DNA of 35,151 nt, from assembly GCA_040882355.1 (NCBI GenBank), contig JBBEBM010000024.1, forward strand, positions 1 through 35,151, given 5' to 3'. A model generated the notes under the pieces. The model ran no database searches and was not told the DNA's origin. It saw only the letters and a program-made list of their open reading frames with translations. Within the stretch, counting starts at the first letter, position 1. The number at the start of each line of letters is the position of its first letter. Of this stretch, positions 20,573-29,271 are shown one piece after another. The translations under genes and the position numbers were made by a program. The stretch is from Dehalococcoidia bacterium (GTDB lineage: Bacteria; Chloroflexota; Dehalococcoidia; DSTF01; RBG-16-68-14).

Positions 20573-21844
20573 TTATTCATGCGACCTCAACACCTCGTCT
20601 CGGGCGGCGTTGATCGCGTCGACCACCTCACGCGGCCGGCCCAACAGCCCGCCGAGCAGCTCTTCGTTGTGCTCGCCGAGCAGCGGCGGCGGCGCGCACG
20701 GCGGGTCGGGGTTCGCTCTCAGGCGCCAGGGCATGTTCGGCACCCGGCAACGCCCCACTTCGGGGTGCTCCGGCTCCATGAAGAAGCCGCGCGCCTGGAA
20801 CTGCGGCTGCGCAAGCGAGTCCGCCGAGCTGCTCGACGGCCCGGCCGGCACGCCCGCGCTCTGGAGCGCGGCGGTCGCGTCCAGTGCTGTCCGCGCTCGC
20901 GTCCACGCCGCGATGCGCTCGTCGATCGCCTGCGCGTGCCTGCGCCGCCCGATCACGTCTCGATACTCCGGCCGCGATAGCTCCGCGTCGCCGATGACCC
21001 CGCAGAGGGCGTCCCACTGCTCGTCCGTCTCGATGCTGATCGCCACCCATGCATCACCTGTGGTGAGCTTGTCGAATCCATCTCCGGTGCACGGGTATGC
21101 GTCCTGTGGCACGGCGCTGCCCGCGTTGCCGCGCGGCACGCCGACGCGGCCGTTCAGGAAGTAGTCCATGAAGGGCGCGCCCATCATTGCCAGCACGACG
21201 TCCGACATCGCTAAGTCGATGCGCTGCCCACAGCCAGTGCGCCGCTGATGACGCAGCGCCGCCAGCACTGCGAAGACGAGCGTCAGGCCCGTCGCGTAGT
21301 CGGCCCACGTGCCGCCGGCGGCCTTCGGCGGGCCGCCCTCGTGGCCGCCCGCATGGCCGCCCGCATGGCCGTTCACCGAGTTCAGGCCCGTGTACGCGTG
21401 CACCGTGCCCATGAACGCGCGCAGCGAGCGGTCGCGGCCCGTCTGGCCGAAGCCGGTGCAAGAGAGCATGATCAGCTCCGGCTTCTCCTTGCGCAGCCCC
21501 TCGTAGCCGAGGCCGATACGATCCATCGTGCCGTAGCTGAACGCCTCGACGACGATGTCGCTCGCCAGGATGATCTCGCGCGCCATCTGGAGCTGCTCGG
21601 CGTCGTCGAGCTGCAGCGTCACGCTCTTCTTCGCCGGGTTGATCGAGTTGAAGAAGCCGCTCCGGTTCAGCCCGCGCACGCCGTCCGCGAACGGAGGGTT
21701 GTCGCGAATGTGATCGAACGCCGCGATGCCCTCGACCTTGATCACCTCGGCGCCCATTCGCGCCAGCAGGTACGTCCCGTACGGCCCGGCGATGATCCAC
21801 GACAGGTCCGCCACGCGCACGCCGTCTAGAGGGAGCGGAGACAT
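20573..21844 (-). CDS. Family III CoA-transferase, BbsF-like subunit (Asp retained) with two in-frame micro-insertions
   Basis: VADLSWIIAGP, GAEVIKVE, GGTWADY, PPLLGEHN. Confidence 0.92.
   Translation of the reverse strand: MSPLPLDGVRVADLSWIIAGPYGTYLLARMGAEVIKVEGIAAFDHIRDNPPFADGVRGLNRSGFFNSINPAKKSVTLQLDDAEQLQMAREIILASDIVVEAFSYGTMDRIGLGYEGLRKEKPELIMLSCTGFGQTGRDRSLRAFMGTVHAYTGLNSVNGHAGGHAGGHEGGPPKAAGGTWADYATGLTLVFAVLAALRHQRRTGCGQRIDLAMSDVVLAMMGAPFMDYFLNGRVGVPRGNAGSAVPQDAYPCTGDGFDKLTTGDAWVAISIETDEQWDALCGVIGDAELSRPEYRDVIGRRRHAQAIDERIAAWTRARTALDATAALQSAGVPAGPSSSSADSLAQPQFQARGFFMEPEHPEVGRCRVPNMPWRLRANPDPPCAPPPLLGEHNEELLGGLLGRPREVVDAINAARDEVLRSHE
21057..21080 (+). mobile_element. 24-nt TGAGC..CGAA mini-element inserted in-frame in the CoA-transferase gene
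   Basis: cctgtggtgagcttgtcgaatcca. Removing it converts YPCTGDGFDKLTTGDAW to YPCTGDDAW, matching the paralog YPTQGDDRW. Confidence 0.8.
21331..21371. repeat. 12-nt tandem repeat (~3.4 units) in CDS, encoding GHAG-GHAG-GHEG
   Basis: ggccgccctcgt ggccgcccgcat ggccgcccgcat ggccg. Confidence 0.85.
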
Positions 21845-21848
21845 CTCC

Positions 21849-23069
21849 CTACACCACCCCCGCCTGGTACAGCGTCACCAGCTCTCGCTCCGAATACCCC
21901 GACCGCCCGCAGAACACCTCTCGATTGTGCTCGCCTAAGAGCGGCGCCGGCCGCCGTATGCCCCACACGTCGCCAGCGAAGCGGGCTGGCGGCCCGGGGC
22001 AGCGCGTTTGCCCTAGCACGGAGTGCTCCATCTCCACGAACGAGCCGCGCTCCGCGAAGTGCTCCGCCTCCGCCGCGTCGGCGACCGTGTTGACGGCCGC
22101 GGTCGAGACGCCGGCGGCCTGCCCTCTGCGGAACAGGTCCTGCTTGCCGAAGCGACGCGTCTCCTGCTGGACCAGCGGCTCCAGCGCGTCCCAGTACTGC
22201 GACCGCGAGTTCATGTCCTTGAACAGCTCGTTCTCCGCCCACTCCGGGTCGCCCAGCACCTGTAAGAACGTGCGCCACTGGCCTTCGGTGCGCGTGATCA
22301 CGTCGATGAATCCGTCTGCCGTGGGCTGCTGCCCGACGTACGGGATCGGCGGCTTCGCGGTGGCGCTGCGGCTGGGCACGCGGCCGCCGTACGTCACCCA
22401 TGCGATGTCGACCTGCTGGTTCATCGCCAGGACATCCTGCAATGCCACGTCCACGTGCGTGCCAAGGCCCGTCGTCTCACGTTCGAAGAGCGCGCACATC
22501 GTGCCCGCAGCGGCGGCGAGCGCCCCGGCGAACTCGCCCAGGTAGCCCGGCAGCACGATCGGCGGCTCGGCCACCAGGTCCTCGGCCCGCGCGCCGTTGT
22601 GGTAGGCGACGCCGCTCGTGTGCTGCGCGATGAAGTCGTTGCCCTGATAGTCGCGCCACGGGCCGTCCTGCCCAAACGGCGTGATCGACGTCACGATCAG
22701 CTCGGGATGCGCCTTCGACAGATGCGCGTAGTCGAGCTGGGCGCCGTCCATCCACGATGGCGCGTTGTCCTCGACGAGGATGTCCGCGCCTTCGAGGAGC
22801 TGGTCGAGCATCAAGCGCCCTCGACGTGTCGCCACATCCAGCGTCACGCCCAGCTTGCTCGTGTTCAGATACGCGAACAGGCCCGAGCGCTCCAGCCCGG
22901 GCGTATCCTCAGCGAACGGGCCGCGCCGCCGCAGCGCGCTGCCGCCCGGCGGTTCGACGGCGATCACGTCCGCGCCCAGGTCGGCGAACAGCTTCGCGCA
23001 GTAAGCGGCGCCGGCGCCCCGGCTCAGCTCCACGATGCGCAGGTCGTCGAACAGCCCTTCCGAAGCCAT
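21849..23069 (-). CDS. Family III CoA-transferase, BbsE-like subunit (Asp replaced by Glu)
   Basis: LRIVELS, AKLFADLGADVIAVEPPGG, YLNTSK, SITPFGQDGP, PIVLPGYLGEF, APLLGEHN. Real start is the ATG at 23069. Confidence 0.9.
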   Translation of the reverse strand: MASEGLFDDLRIVELSRGAGAAYCAKLFADLGADVIAVEPPGGSALRRRGPFAEDTPGLERSGLFAYLNTSKLGVTLDVATRRGRLMLDQLLEGADILVEDNAPSWMDGAQLDYAHLSKAHPELIVTSITPFGQDGPWRDYQGNDFIAQHTSGVAYHNGARAEDLVAEPPIVLPGYLGEFAGALAAAAGTMCALFERETTGLGTHVDVALQDVLAMNQQVDIAWVTYGGRVPSRSATAKPPIPYVGQQPTADGFIDVITRTEGQWRTFLQVLGDPEWAENELFKDMNSRSQYWDALEPLVQQETRRFGKQDLFRRGQAAGVSTAAVNTVADAAEAEHFAERGSFVEMEHSVLGQTRCPGPPARFAGDVWGIRRPAPLLGEHNREVFCGRSGYSERELVTLYQAGVV

Positions 23070-23078
23070 GACCCTGGT

Positions 23079-23159
23079 GTTGTAGCATGCGCGGCGCGCC
23101 CTGTGGAACGCCGAACCCGATGCCGCGCCCTGCCTCCCCGACCATGACTGTGGTATCGT
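23079..23159. promoter_or_regulatory. Divergent extended -10 promoters
   Basis: Minus strand TG-C-TACAAC 9 nt before the ATG at 23069; plus strand TG-G-TATCGT at 23151-23159. Confidence 0.45.
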
Positions 23160-23186
23160 GCGCCTACTCATCCGCATATGCAGACC

Positions 23187-24422
23187 ATGCCCGGCCCCCT
23201 CGACGACGTCACCGTCCTCGACCTCACCCACTACATCACCGGCCCTTACGCCACCAAGCTGCTCGCCGATTACGGCGCCGACGTGATCAAGATCGAACGG
23301 CCGGGCGGCGATCCGGCCCGGCGGCTCGGCCCGTTCCAGGAAAGCGAGCGGCACTCCGAGCGCAGCGGCACGTTCGTCTACCTGAACAGCAACAAGCGCT
23401 CGCTCGTGCTCGACCTCCACCACGAACGCGCAAGCGACGTCGTTGCGCGCCTGCTCGATCGAGCCGACATAGTCATCGAGAGCTTCCGCCCGGGCGTGCT
23501 CGATCGACTGGGACTCGGGTGGCAGTTCATCCACGCCCGCCGGCCCGACGTGCCGCTCGTCTCGATCACCAACTTCGGGCAGGACAGCCCCTATCGCGAC
23601 TACAAGGGTTCCGAGGTCGTGCTCTACGGCTTCGCGGGCGAGATGTACACGATGGGCGTGGCTGACCGCGAGCCGGTGAAGCAATACGGCACCGCCGCGC
23701 TTGTGCAGGCGGGCGCTGCTGCCGCGACAGCGATCATGGCAGCGCTCATGGTCGGGCGCGAACAGGGCGNNNNNNNNNNCCGCGAGGGCGTCGGGCAGCA
23801 CGTCGACTTCGCTATTGTCGACAGCCACTTCGGCGGCAACGACCGCCGCCACTCAACCGTCATCGCTTACGAGTTCTCCGGGCGCCATCAGATGCGCACC
23901 GCCGCCGGTTCGATCGGTCTCGCCAACGGCGTCTACCCCTGCGCGGACGGCTACGTCGAGTTCACCGCCGCCGGCCTGCGCATGGACCGTCTCGCCGACA
24001 TGCTGGGCAGCCCGGAGTGGCTCGCCGGTCCCAAGTGGCGCGACGCATCGGCAGGGGCGGACCTGGCGCTCCTCGAGGAGTTCAACGCCAACTTCTACGG
24101 CTGGCTGATGGAGCGCACAAAGCGCGAGGTCTGGGCGGACGCGCGGCGAGCGAAGGTGCTCTGCGGCCCGCTCCTCACTATCGAGGAGATTGTCGACGAC
24201 CCGCACTTCCGCGAGCGCGGCTACTGGCAGGAAGCGACGCATCCGGAACTCGGTGCCGTCGAGATGCCGGGCCGTCCCTTCATCATGAACGAGTCGCCCT
24301 GGGCGCTGCGCCGCCCCGCGCCGCTCCTCGGTGAGCACACCGTCGAAGTGCTCCGTGAGGCCGGCTACGCGGACGGCGAGATCGAGTCGCTGGTCGCCAC
24401 CGGCGTCGTGGCGGTGCACTGA
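23187..24422 (+). CDS. Family III CoA-transferase, BbsE-like subunit (Asp replaced by Leu); spans a 10-N gap
   Basis: VLDLTHYITGP, GADVIKIE, YLNSNKRS, TNFGQDSP, PVKQYGTAALVQ, APLLGEHT. Start is 23178 or 23187. Confidence 0.9.
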   Translation: MPGPLDDVTVLDLTHYITGPYATKLLADYGADVIKIERPGGDPARRLGPFQESERHSERSGTFVYLNSNKRSLVLDLHHERASDVVARLLDRADIVIESFRPGVLDRLGLGWQFIHARRPDVPLVSITNFGQDSPYRDYKGSEVVLYGFAGEMYTMGVADREPVKQYGTAALVQAGAAAATAIMAALMVGREQGXXXXREGVGQHVDFAIVDSHFGGNDRRHSTVIAYEFSGRHQMRTAAGSIGLANGVYPCADGYVEFTAAGLRMDRLADMLGSPEWLAGPKWRDASAGADLALLEEFNANFYGWLMERTKREVWADARRAKVLCGPLLTIEEIVDDPHFRERGYWQEATHPELGAVEMPGRPFIMNESPWALRRPAPLLGEHTVEVLREAGYADGEIESLVATGVVAVH

Positions 24423-25750
24423 TGGCCCACCTGCCGCTGGAGGGCGTGCGCGTCATCGACTTCTGTGTCGTCTGGGCCGGCCCCTTCTGCACAATGCTGC
24501 TCGGCGACCTGGGCGCCGAGGTGATCAAGGTCGAGAACCCGTTCGTGATGCAGCCGATGACTCGCGGGACGCGCGTCCGCGTGCCGAAGGAGATGCTCCC
24601 GCACGTCGCGGCCAGCGTCGGCGGCTATCCGAACAACGACCCGGGCCCGCGACCCTGGAACTACCCGCCTTCGTTCGTCCAGCTCTTCCGCAACAAGAAG
24701 AGCGTCACTGTTGACTGGCGGCGACCCGAAGGCCTCGACATCATCGAGCGTCTCGTCGCGAAGTCCGACATTGTCGTCGAGAACAACGCGACGGAGACGA
24801 TGGAGAAGCTCGGTCTCGGCTACGAGCGCCTGCGCGCCATCAAGGCCGACATCATCATGGTGCGCATGCCCGCCTTCGGCTCGACCGGGCCGTACGCGAA
24901 CGCCCGCGCCACCGGCGTCCAGCTCGAGAGTGTCGCCGGCCACTCGCTCCTGCGCGGCTACGCGGACGGCGACCCTTCGACGAACAGCGCGATCTACTCC
25001 GGCGACTACATCGCCGGCGCGCAGGCCGCCCTCGCGACGATGATGGCGCTCTGGCATCGCCGAAAGACCGGCCGCGGCCAGCTCGTCGAGGTGCCCCAGG
25101 CCGAGACCGCGACGGCGCTGCTCTTCCAGGCGTTCATGGGCCACTCGCTCAACGGCACCGTGCCGGAGCGCCTCGGCAATCGGTCCGTGTACGGCGCGGC
25201 GCCCTCCGGCGTCTACCCCTGCCGCTCGCCCGGCACGCCCGCGGACGCCGGCGACCGCTGGATCGCGATCACCGTCGCCTCGGACGACGAGTGGCGCGCG
25301 CTCCGGGAGCTGATGGGCGGCCCGGAGTGGGCTCGGTCGGCGGACTTCGAGACGCACGAGGGCCGACGCGCCAACCACGACTTCATCGACGAGAGGCTCT
25401 CCGCCTGGACGCGCGACTTCGACGACTACGAGCTGTTCCATCGCCTCCAGGCCGCCGGTATCGCCGCCGCGCCCGTGCTCGAGGCCTCCCGCGTGATGGA
25501 CGACCCGCATGTGCAGGCGCGCGGCCTCTACCAGCCGCAGCGCCTCTTCGATGATGTCGGCACGTTCCGCTTCAGCGCGCCGTTCTACCGCCTGCCGGAG
25601 ACGCCCGCCACCGTGCACCAGCCGCCCGTCGCTATGGGCGAGCACAACGAGTACGTCTACAAGCAGGTCATCGGCGTCACCAACGACGAGTACGCGGCCC
25701 TGGAAGTGGCAGGGCATATTTCGATGGACTTCGACGAGTCTGTGCCGTAG
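24422..25750 (+). CDS. Family III CoA-transferase, BbsF-like subunit (Asp retained)
   Basis: VIDFCVVWAGP, GAEVIKVE, AIYSGDY, MGEHN. TGATG overlap with the upstream gene. Confidence 0.92.
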   Translation: MAHLPLEGVRVIDFCVVWAGPFCTMLLGDLGAEVIKVENPFVMQPMTRGTRVRVPKEMLPHVAASVGGYPNNDPGPRPWNYPPSFVQLFRNKKSVTVDWRRPEGLDIIERLVAKSDIVVENNATETMEKLGLGYERLRAIKADIIMVRMPAFGSTGPYANARATGVQLESVAGHSLLRGYADGDPSTNSAIYSGDYIAGAQAALATMMALWHRRKTGRGQLVEVPQAETATALLFQAFMGHSLNGTVPERLGNRSVYGAAPSGVYPCRSPGTPADAGDRWIAITVASDDEWRALRELMGGPEWARSADFETHEGRRANHDFIDERLSAWTRDFDDYELFHRLQAAGIAAAPVLEASRVMDDPHVQARGLYQPQRLFDDVGTFRFSAPFYRLPETPATVHQPPVAMGEHNEYVYKQVIGVTNDEYAALEVAGHISMDFDESVP

Positions 25751-25777
25751 GCTAACCGTACCCTGAAGGATGGCCTT

Positions 25778-25950
25778 GTAGGGACAGGCCTTCAGGTCTG
25801 TCCGCCCGGTCGATCGGCGTTGCCCGCGTTCTTAGCGAGTCGGGCTTCAGCCCGACCGACGACCTGCCTGCTCGACCGTAGCTGCAGGGCTTCAGCCCTG
25901 CTCGGTGGAGAACGATCTGCCGGTCTGGCAGACCCAAAGTCTGCAGCTAC
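25778..25950. repeat. Cluster of GTAG REPs between convergent genes, including an inverted doublet at 25878-25950
   Basis: GTAG-GGACAGGCC-ttca-GGTCTGTCC; GTCGGGC-ttca-GCCCGAC; GTAGCTGCAGGGC-ttca-GCCCTGC ... GCAGAC-ccaaa-GTCTGCAGCTAC. Confidence 0.8.
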
Positions 25951-26023
25951 GGACCGACCTCTTGCCGCATCAACCTGGTTGTGGGGGAGGACTGGAAAGG
26001 ACAGGGCAGGACAGGAGCGGAAC

Positions 26024-27277
26024 CTAGTCTCCGCCGTAGAACTCGACGGCGCCCTCCGCCACCAGCCGGTCGAAGTCCTCCGACGAGTAGCCGAGCAGCT
26101 CCCGTAGGACGAGCTCGTTGTGCTCGCCCAGGCAGGGGGCCGGGCGTTGCACGCGCAGCGGCGTCGCCTCCAGCCGCGCGCCGAACAGCTCCGCCGGGAA
26201 GTCGCCGAGCACCGGGTGCGGCATCGAAACGAAGTGGCCGCGGTGGGCGAGCTGCGGGTCGGCGTACAAGCCCTCCTGGTCGAGCGCGACGCCCGCCGCG
26301 ACGCCCGAGGCCTGCAGGCGCTCCATCAGCTCGCGGCCGTCGTGGCGGCGCGTCTCCTCGGAGATCGCCGCGTTCAGCGCGCCGTCATTGTGGCAGCGCG
26401 CGCTCAGTGTGGCGAAGTCCGGGTCGCTGATCCAGTCGTCGCGCTCGAGCACGCGGCAGAGCGATTCCCACTCCTCCTGCGTGAACGTCGCGACCGCGAT
26501 CCAGCGGTCGTCGCCCTGCGTCGGGTAGACGCCGTGCGGCGCCGTCGCGGGCGCGTCGCCTGCCATCAGTCGATTGCCTGCGCGCATCTGCGTGCGGCTG
26601 TTCGCCGAGTAATCGAGCAGCGCGGTGCCCGTGAAGTTGAGCATCGCCTCCATCTGGGCCAGGTCGAGGTGCTGGCCCTGGCCGGTGCGGTCGCGGTAGT
26701 CGAGCGCCGCGACGGCGGCGAAGACCGCGACCATCGGCACCACGTAGTCCGGGTAGGCGAGCGTCACGCCAGTCGGCGGGCCGTCCGGCCAGCCGATCAG
26801 GCTCGACATGCCGCTCATCCCGAGCACCTGTAGCCCGTACCCGGGCAGCTCGGCCTGGGGGCCCGTCTGCCCCTGCAGCGTCATGCTCAGCATGATGATC
26901 TCCGGCTTGCGGGCGCGCAGGCTTGCGTAGTCGAGGCCCCAGCGCGCCATGGTGCCGGGCGTGAAGCCCTCGATTACCACGTCCGCCCAGTCGACGAGCT
27001 TCTCGATCACCTCCTGGCCGCCCGGCTTGTTCAGGTCGAGCGCGAGGTCGTACTTGCCGAGGTTCATCGCGGCGAAGTAGCCGCTCTTGTCGATGCCCGG
27101 TCCAGAGACGGGGGGCGAGCTGCGCGCCACGTCCAGCCGCACGGCTGACTCCACCTTCACCACCGTTGCGCCGTAGTAGGCGAAGAGCGCGCCGCAAAGC
27201 GGTCCCGCCGCCACCCAGCTCAGGTCGACGACGTTGATGTGATCAAGGACGCCGGTGGGCTGGTCAGCGGGGGTCAT
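26024..27277 (-). CDS. Family III CoA-transferase, BbsF-like subunit (Asp retained)
   Basis: VVDLSWVAAGP, GATVVKVES, PPTGVTLAYPDY, APHGVYP, APCLGEHN. Confidence 0.92.
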   Translation of the reverse strand: MTPADQPTGVLDHINVVDLSWVAAGPLCGALFAYYGATVVKVESAVRLDVARSSPPVSGPGIDKSGYFAAMNLGKYDLALDLNKPGGQEVIEKLVDWADVVIEGFTPGTMARWGLDYASLRARKPEIIMLSMTLQGQTGPQAELPGYGLQVLGMSGMSSLIGWPDGPPTGVTLAYPDYVVPMVAVFAAVAALDYRDRTGQGQHLDLAQMEAMLNFTGTALLDYSANSRTQMRAGNRLMAGDAPATAPHGVYPTQGDDRWIAVATFTQEEWESLCRVLERDDWISDPDFATLSARCHNDGALNAAISEETRRHDGRELMERLQASGVAAGVALDQEGLYADPQLAHRGHFVSMPHPVLGDFPAELFGARLEATPLRVQRPAPCLGEHNELVLRELLGYSSEDFDRLVAEGAVEFYGGD

Positions 27278-27364
27278 AGGTGGTAACCCTTCAAAGCCAG
27301 AGTCTCGCTGCGCATGCCATCCGGCCAGTTAAGGCCAAGACACGCTTGATCAGTCGAACGCCTG

Positions 27365-27468
27365 AAGAAGACATGTTTGTCTTCCCCATCCACCCGCCCA
27401 GGGAAGAATTGGAATCTGGGGGACACCCCCAAACCCCCGGCAGGGGCGCTGCGCCCCCTGCACCCCCG
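27365..27468 (-). repeat. ~100-nt intergenic repeat (copy 3, uninterrupted)
   Basis: Reverse complement: ggggtgcagggggcgcagcgcccctgccgggggtttgggggtgtcccccagattccaattcttccctgggcgggtggatggggaagac. Confidence 0.8.
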
Positions 27469-27485
27469 CTTCTTCACCGCCCCGA

Positions 27486-28775
27486 TCACACCGCTCCCTT
27501 GTCCCGCAGCGCCTGCAGCTCGTGTTCGCTGACGCCGAGGTCGCCGTAGACCTGCGCGTTGTGCTCGCCGAGCAGCGGCGCGCGGCCTTTGATCCGCCAC
27601 GGCGTCCCGGACAGCGCGACCGGCGGTCCGGGGTAGGTCACGTTCGTCACGAGGTCGCGGCGACCCGCTTTCGGCGGCAGCTCCGGGTGCGCGACCTGCT
27701 GGAAGTAGTCGCGCGACTTGAGCTGCTCGCTCGCGAGGTTCTCGGGCACTGTGTTCACCGGGAAGATCATCAGCTCGTGGTCCCGCGCGAGCTGCATCAC
27801 TTCGGCCTTCGTGTATCGCAGTAGCCAGCGCTCCATCACGCCCTCGCAGGCGTCGGCCTCCTCCTGGCTACACTGCCACTGGCCGGGCATGGGCGAGAAG
27901 CGCGTCGCCGTCTTCCACCGGTTGTCGGCGAGGAAGTCGGCCGCGCCGTCCGCCTTCATCAGGTCGATGAGGCGCGGGAAGTGCGGGCCGAAGAGCGTGC
28001 TCACTGCGACGTGGCCGTCCTTGCAGCCGTAGATCACGCGTGAGACCATGAACCCCAGGTTGATGGCGAGGCCGGCGCGCGTGATGTTCTGGTGCATCAG
28101 CGACCAGTAGCCCGTCACTCCGCCAGGCCCGGCGAGCGTGAACGTCACCACCTCCTGCATCGACACGTCGACGCGCTGGCCGGCGCCCGTGCGGCGAGCG
28201 TGGTAGAGCGCGAGCATGCCGCCGAGCGCCGCTCCCAGCGACGCGTGGTAGAACGCCTGCGATGCCCGGGCGCGCACCGGCGGGCGATCGGGCTCGCCGA
28301 GCAGATAGAGCAGCCCGCCCAGCGCGAGGCCGATCAGGTCAGACCACTTGTAGTCGCGGTACGGCCCGTCTTGCCCGAATCCTGTCACCGACACCCAGAC
28401 GAGCTTCGGGTGCTCCGCGCGGAGTTGATCGTAGCCGATGCCGAGGCCATCCAGGTAGCCCGGCGGGAACGATTCGATAACGACATCCGTGTTAGCGAGC
28501 ATCCGACGGAAGATCGCTTGGCCGTCGGGGTGCTCCAGGTTGCAGGTGACGCCCTGCTTGCTCGCGTTGAGCGCGAACCAGAGCAGGCTCCGGTCGGGAC
28601 CCGCTTCGTCGCGCAGGAACGGGCCGGTGCGGCGCACCGGATCGCCGTCCGGCGGCTCGACCTTGGTCACCGCAGCGCCCATCTCCGCGAAGGCGCGGCC
28701 GGCGTACTGCCCGATCTCCGTCGTCAGGTCGAGCACGCGGTAAGGGCTCAGGGCGGCGGGACGTTCGTCGGGCAT
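27486..28775 (-). CDS. Family III CoA-transferase, BbsE-like subunit (Asp replaced by Phe)
   Basis: YRVLDLT, KVEPPDGDPVR, LNASKQGVT, TGFGQDGPY, PPVRARASQAFYH, APLLGEHN. Confidence 0.9.
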   Translation of the reverse strand: MPDERPAALSPYRVLDLTTEIGQYAGRAFAEMGAAVTKVEPPDGDPVRRTGPFLRDEAGPDRSLLWFALNASKQGVTCNLEHPDGQAIFRRMLANTDVVIESFPPGYLDGLGIGYDQLRAEHPKLVWVSVTGFGQDGPYRDYKWSDLIGLALGGLLYLLGEPDRPPVRARASQAFYHASLGAALGGMLALYHARRTGAGQRVDVSMQEVVTFTLAGPGGVTGYWSLMHQNITRAGLAINLGFMVSRVIYGCKDGHVAVSTLFGPHFPRLIDLMKADGAADFLADNRWKTATRFSPMPGQWQCSQEEADACEGVMERWLLRYTKAEVMQLARDHELMIFPVNTVPENLASEQLKSRDYFQQVAHPELPPKAGRRDLVTNVTYPGPPVALSGTPWRIKGRAPLLGEHNAQVYGDLGVSEHELQALRDKGAV

Positions 28776-28783
28776 CGTTCAGC

Positions 28784-29263
28784 TCAGGCGCGCGTAAGCG
28801 CCGCGCGCACGTCCCGCGCGTGTTCTTCGAAGTGCTCCGGCGGCTGGCGGACGAACCACTCGATGTTCCTTGACTCTCCCAGCAGGCGTATGTTCAGCGC
28901 CCACTCGGCGTCCTGTACGGCGTCCAGCCTCGCGACGAGGGCGTCGTGGCCTTTGTCGTACTGCCCGGCGGCTCGCTCCGGCGTCGCCCGCAGCGCGAGC
29001 CACCAGATGGCGAACCGGCGCGCCGGCTCCATGAGGAACGCCGGCGGATTGAAATCCTTTCCCTTGCTTACTCTATCTATCGACCCGCCGAGCCATCCCA
29101 CTGACCACGCCATGTGCCACATCGCCTCCCTGACCGTCAGGTCGGGGTTGCCGCTCTTGCGGTCCCAGTCGTCCGCCGAGAGCGAGCCGAGCAGCTCGTG
29201 GTAGGCGGCGCGCGTCTTCTCCAGATCGTCTCGAAGCTGCTGCTTGTCAGGCATGTCGGCCAT
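28784..29263 (-). CDS. DinB/YfiT-like four-helix bundle protein
   Basis: LSADDWDR..LTVREAMWHM..EHFEEH histidine pattern; sits in the operon between the ACAD and the CoA-transferase. Confidence 0.75.
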   Translation of the reverse strand: MADMPDKQQLRDDLEKTRAAYHELLGSLSADDWDRKSGNPDLTVREAMWHMAWSVGWLGGSIDRVSKGKDFNPPAFLMEPARRFAIWWLALRATPERAAGQYDKGHDALVARLDAVQDAEWALNIRLLGESRNIEWFVRQPPEHFEEHARDVRAALTRA

Positions 29264-29271
29264 TGTCCTCC

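Noticed and set aside
23756..23790. REQG-XXXX-REG near-repeat within the CoA-transferase
   Set aside because: It flanks a 10-N placeholder gap; likely an assembly or strain-variant artefact.
23070..23852. 667-aa ORF suggesting an N-terminally extended or fused CoA-transferase
   Set aside because: The extension is the antisense of the divergent gene; homology begins at the ATG at 23069.
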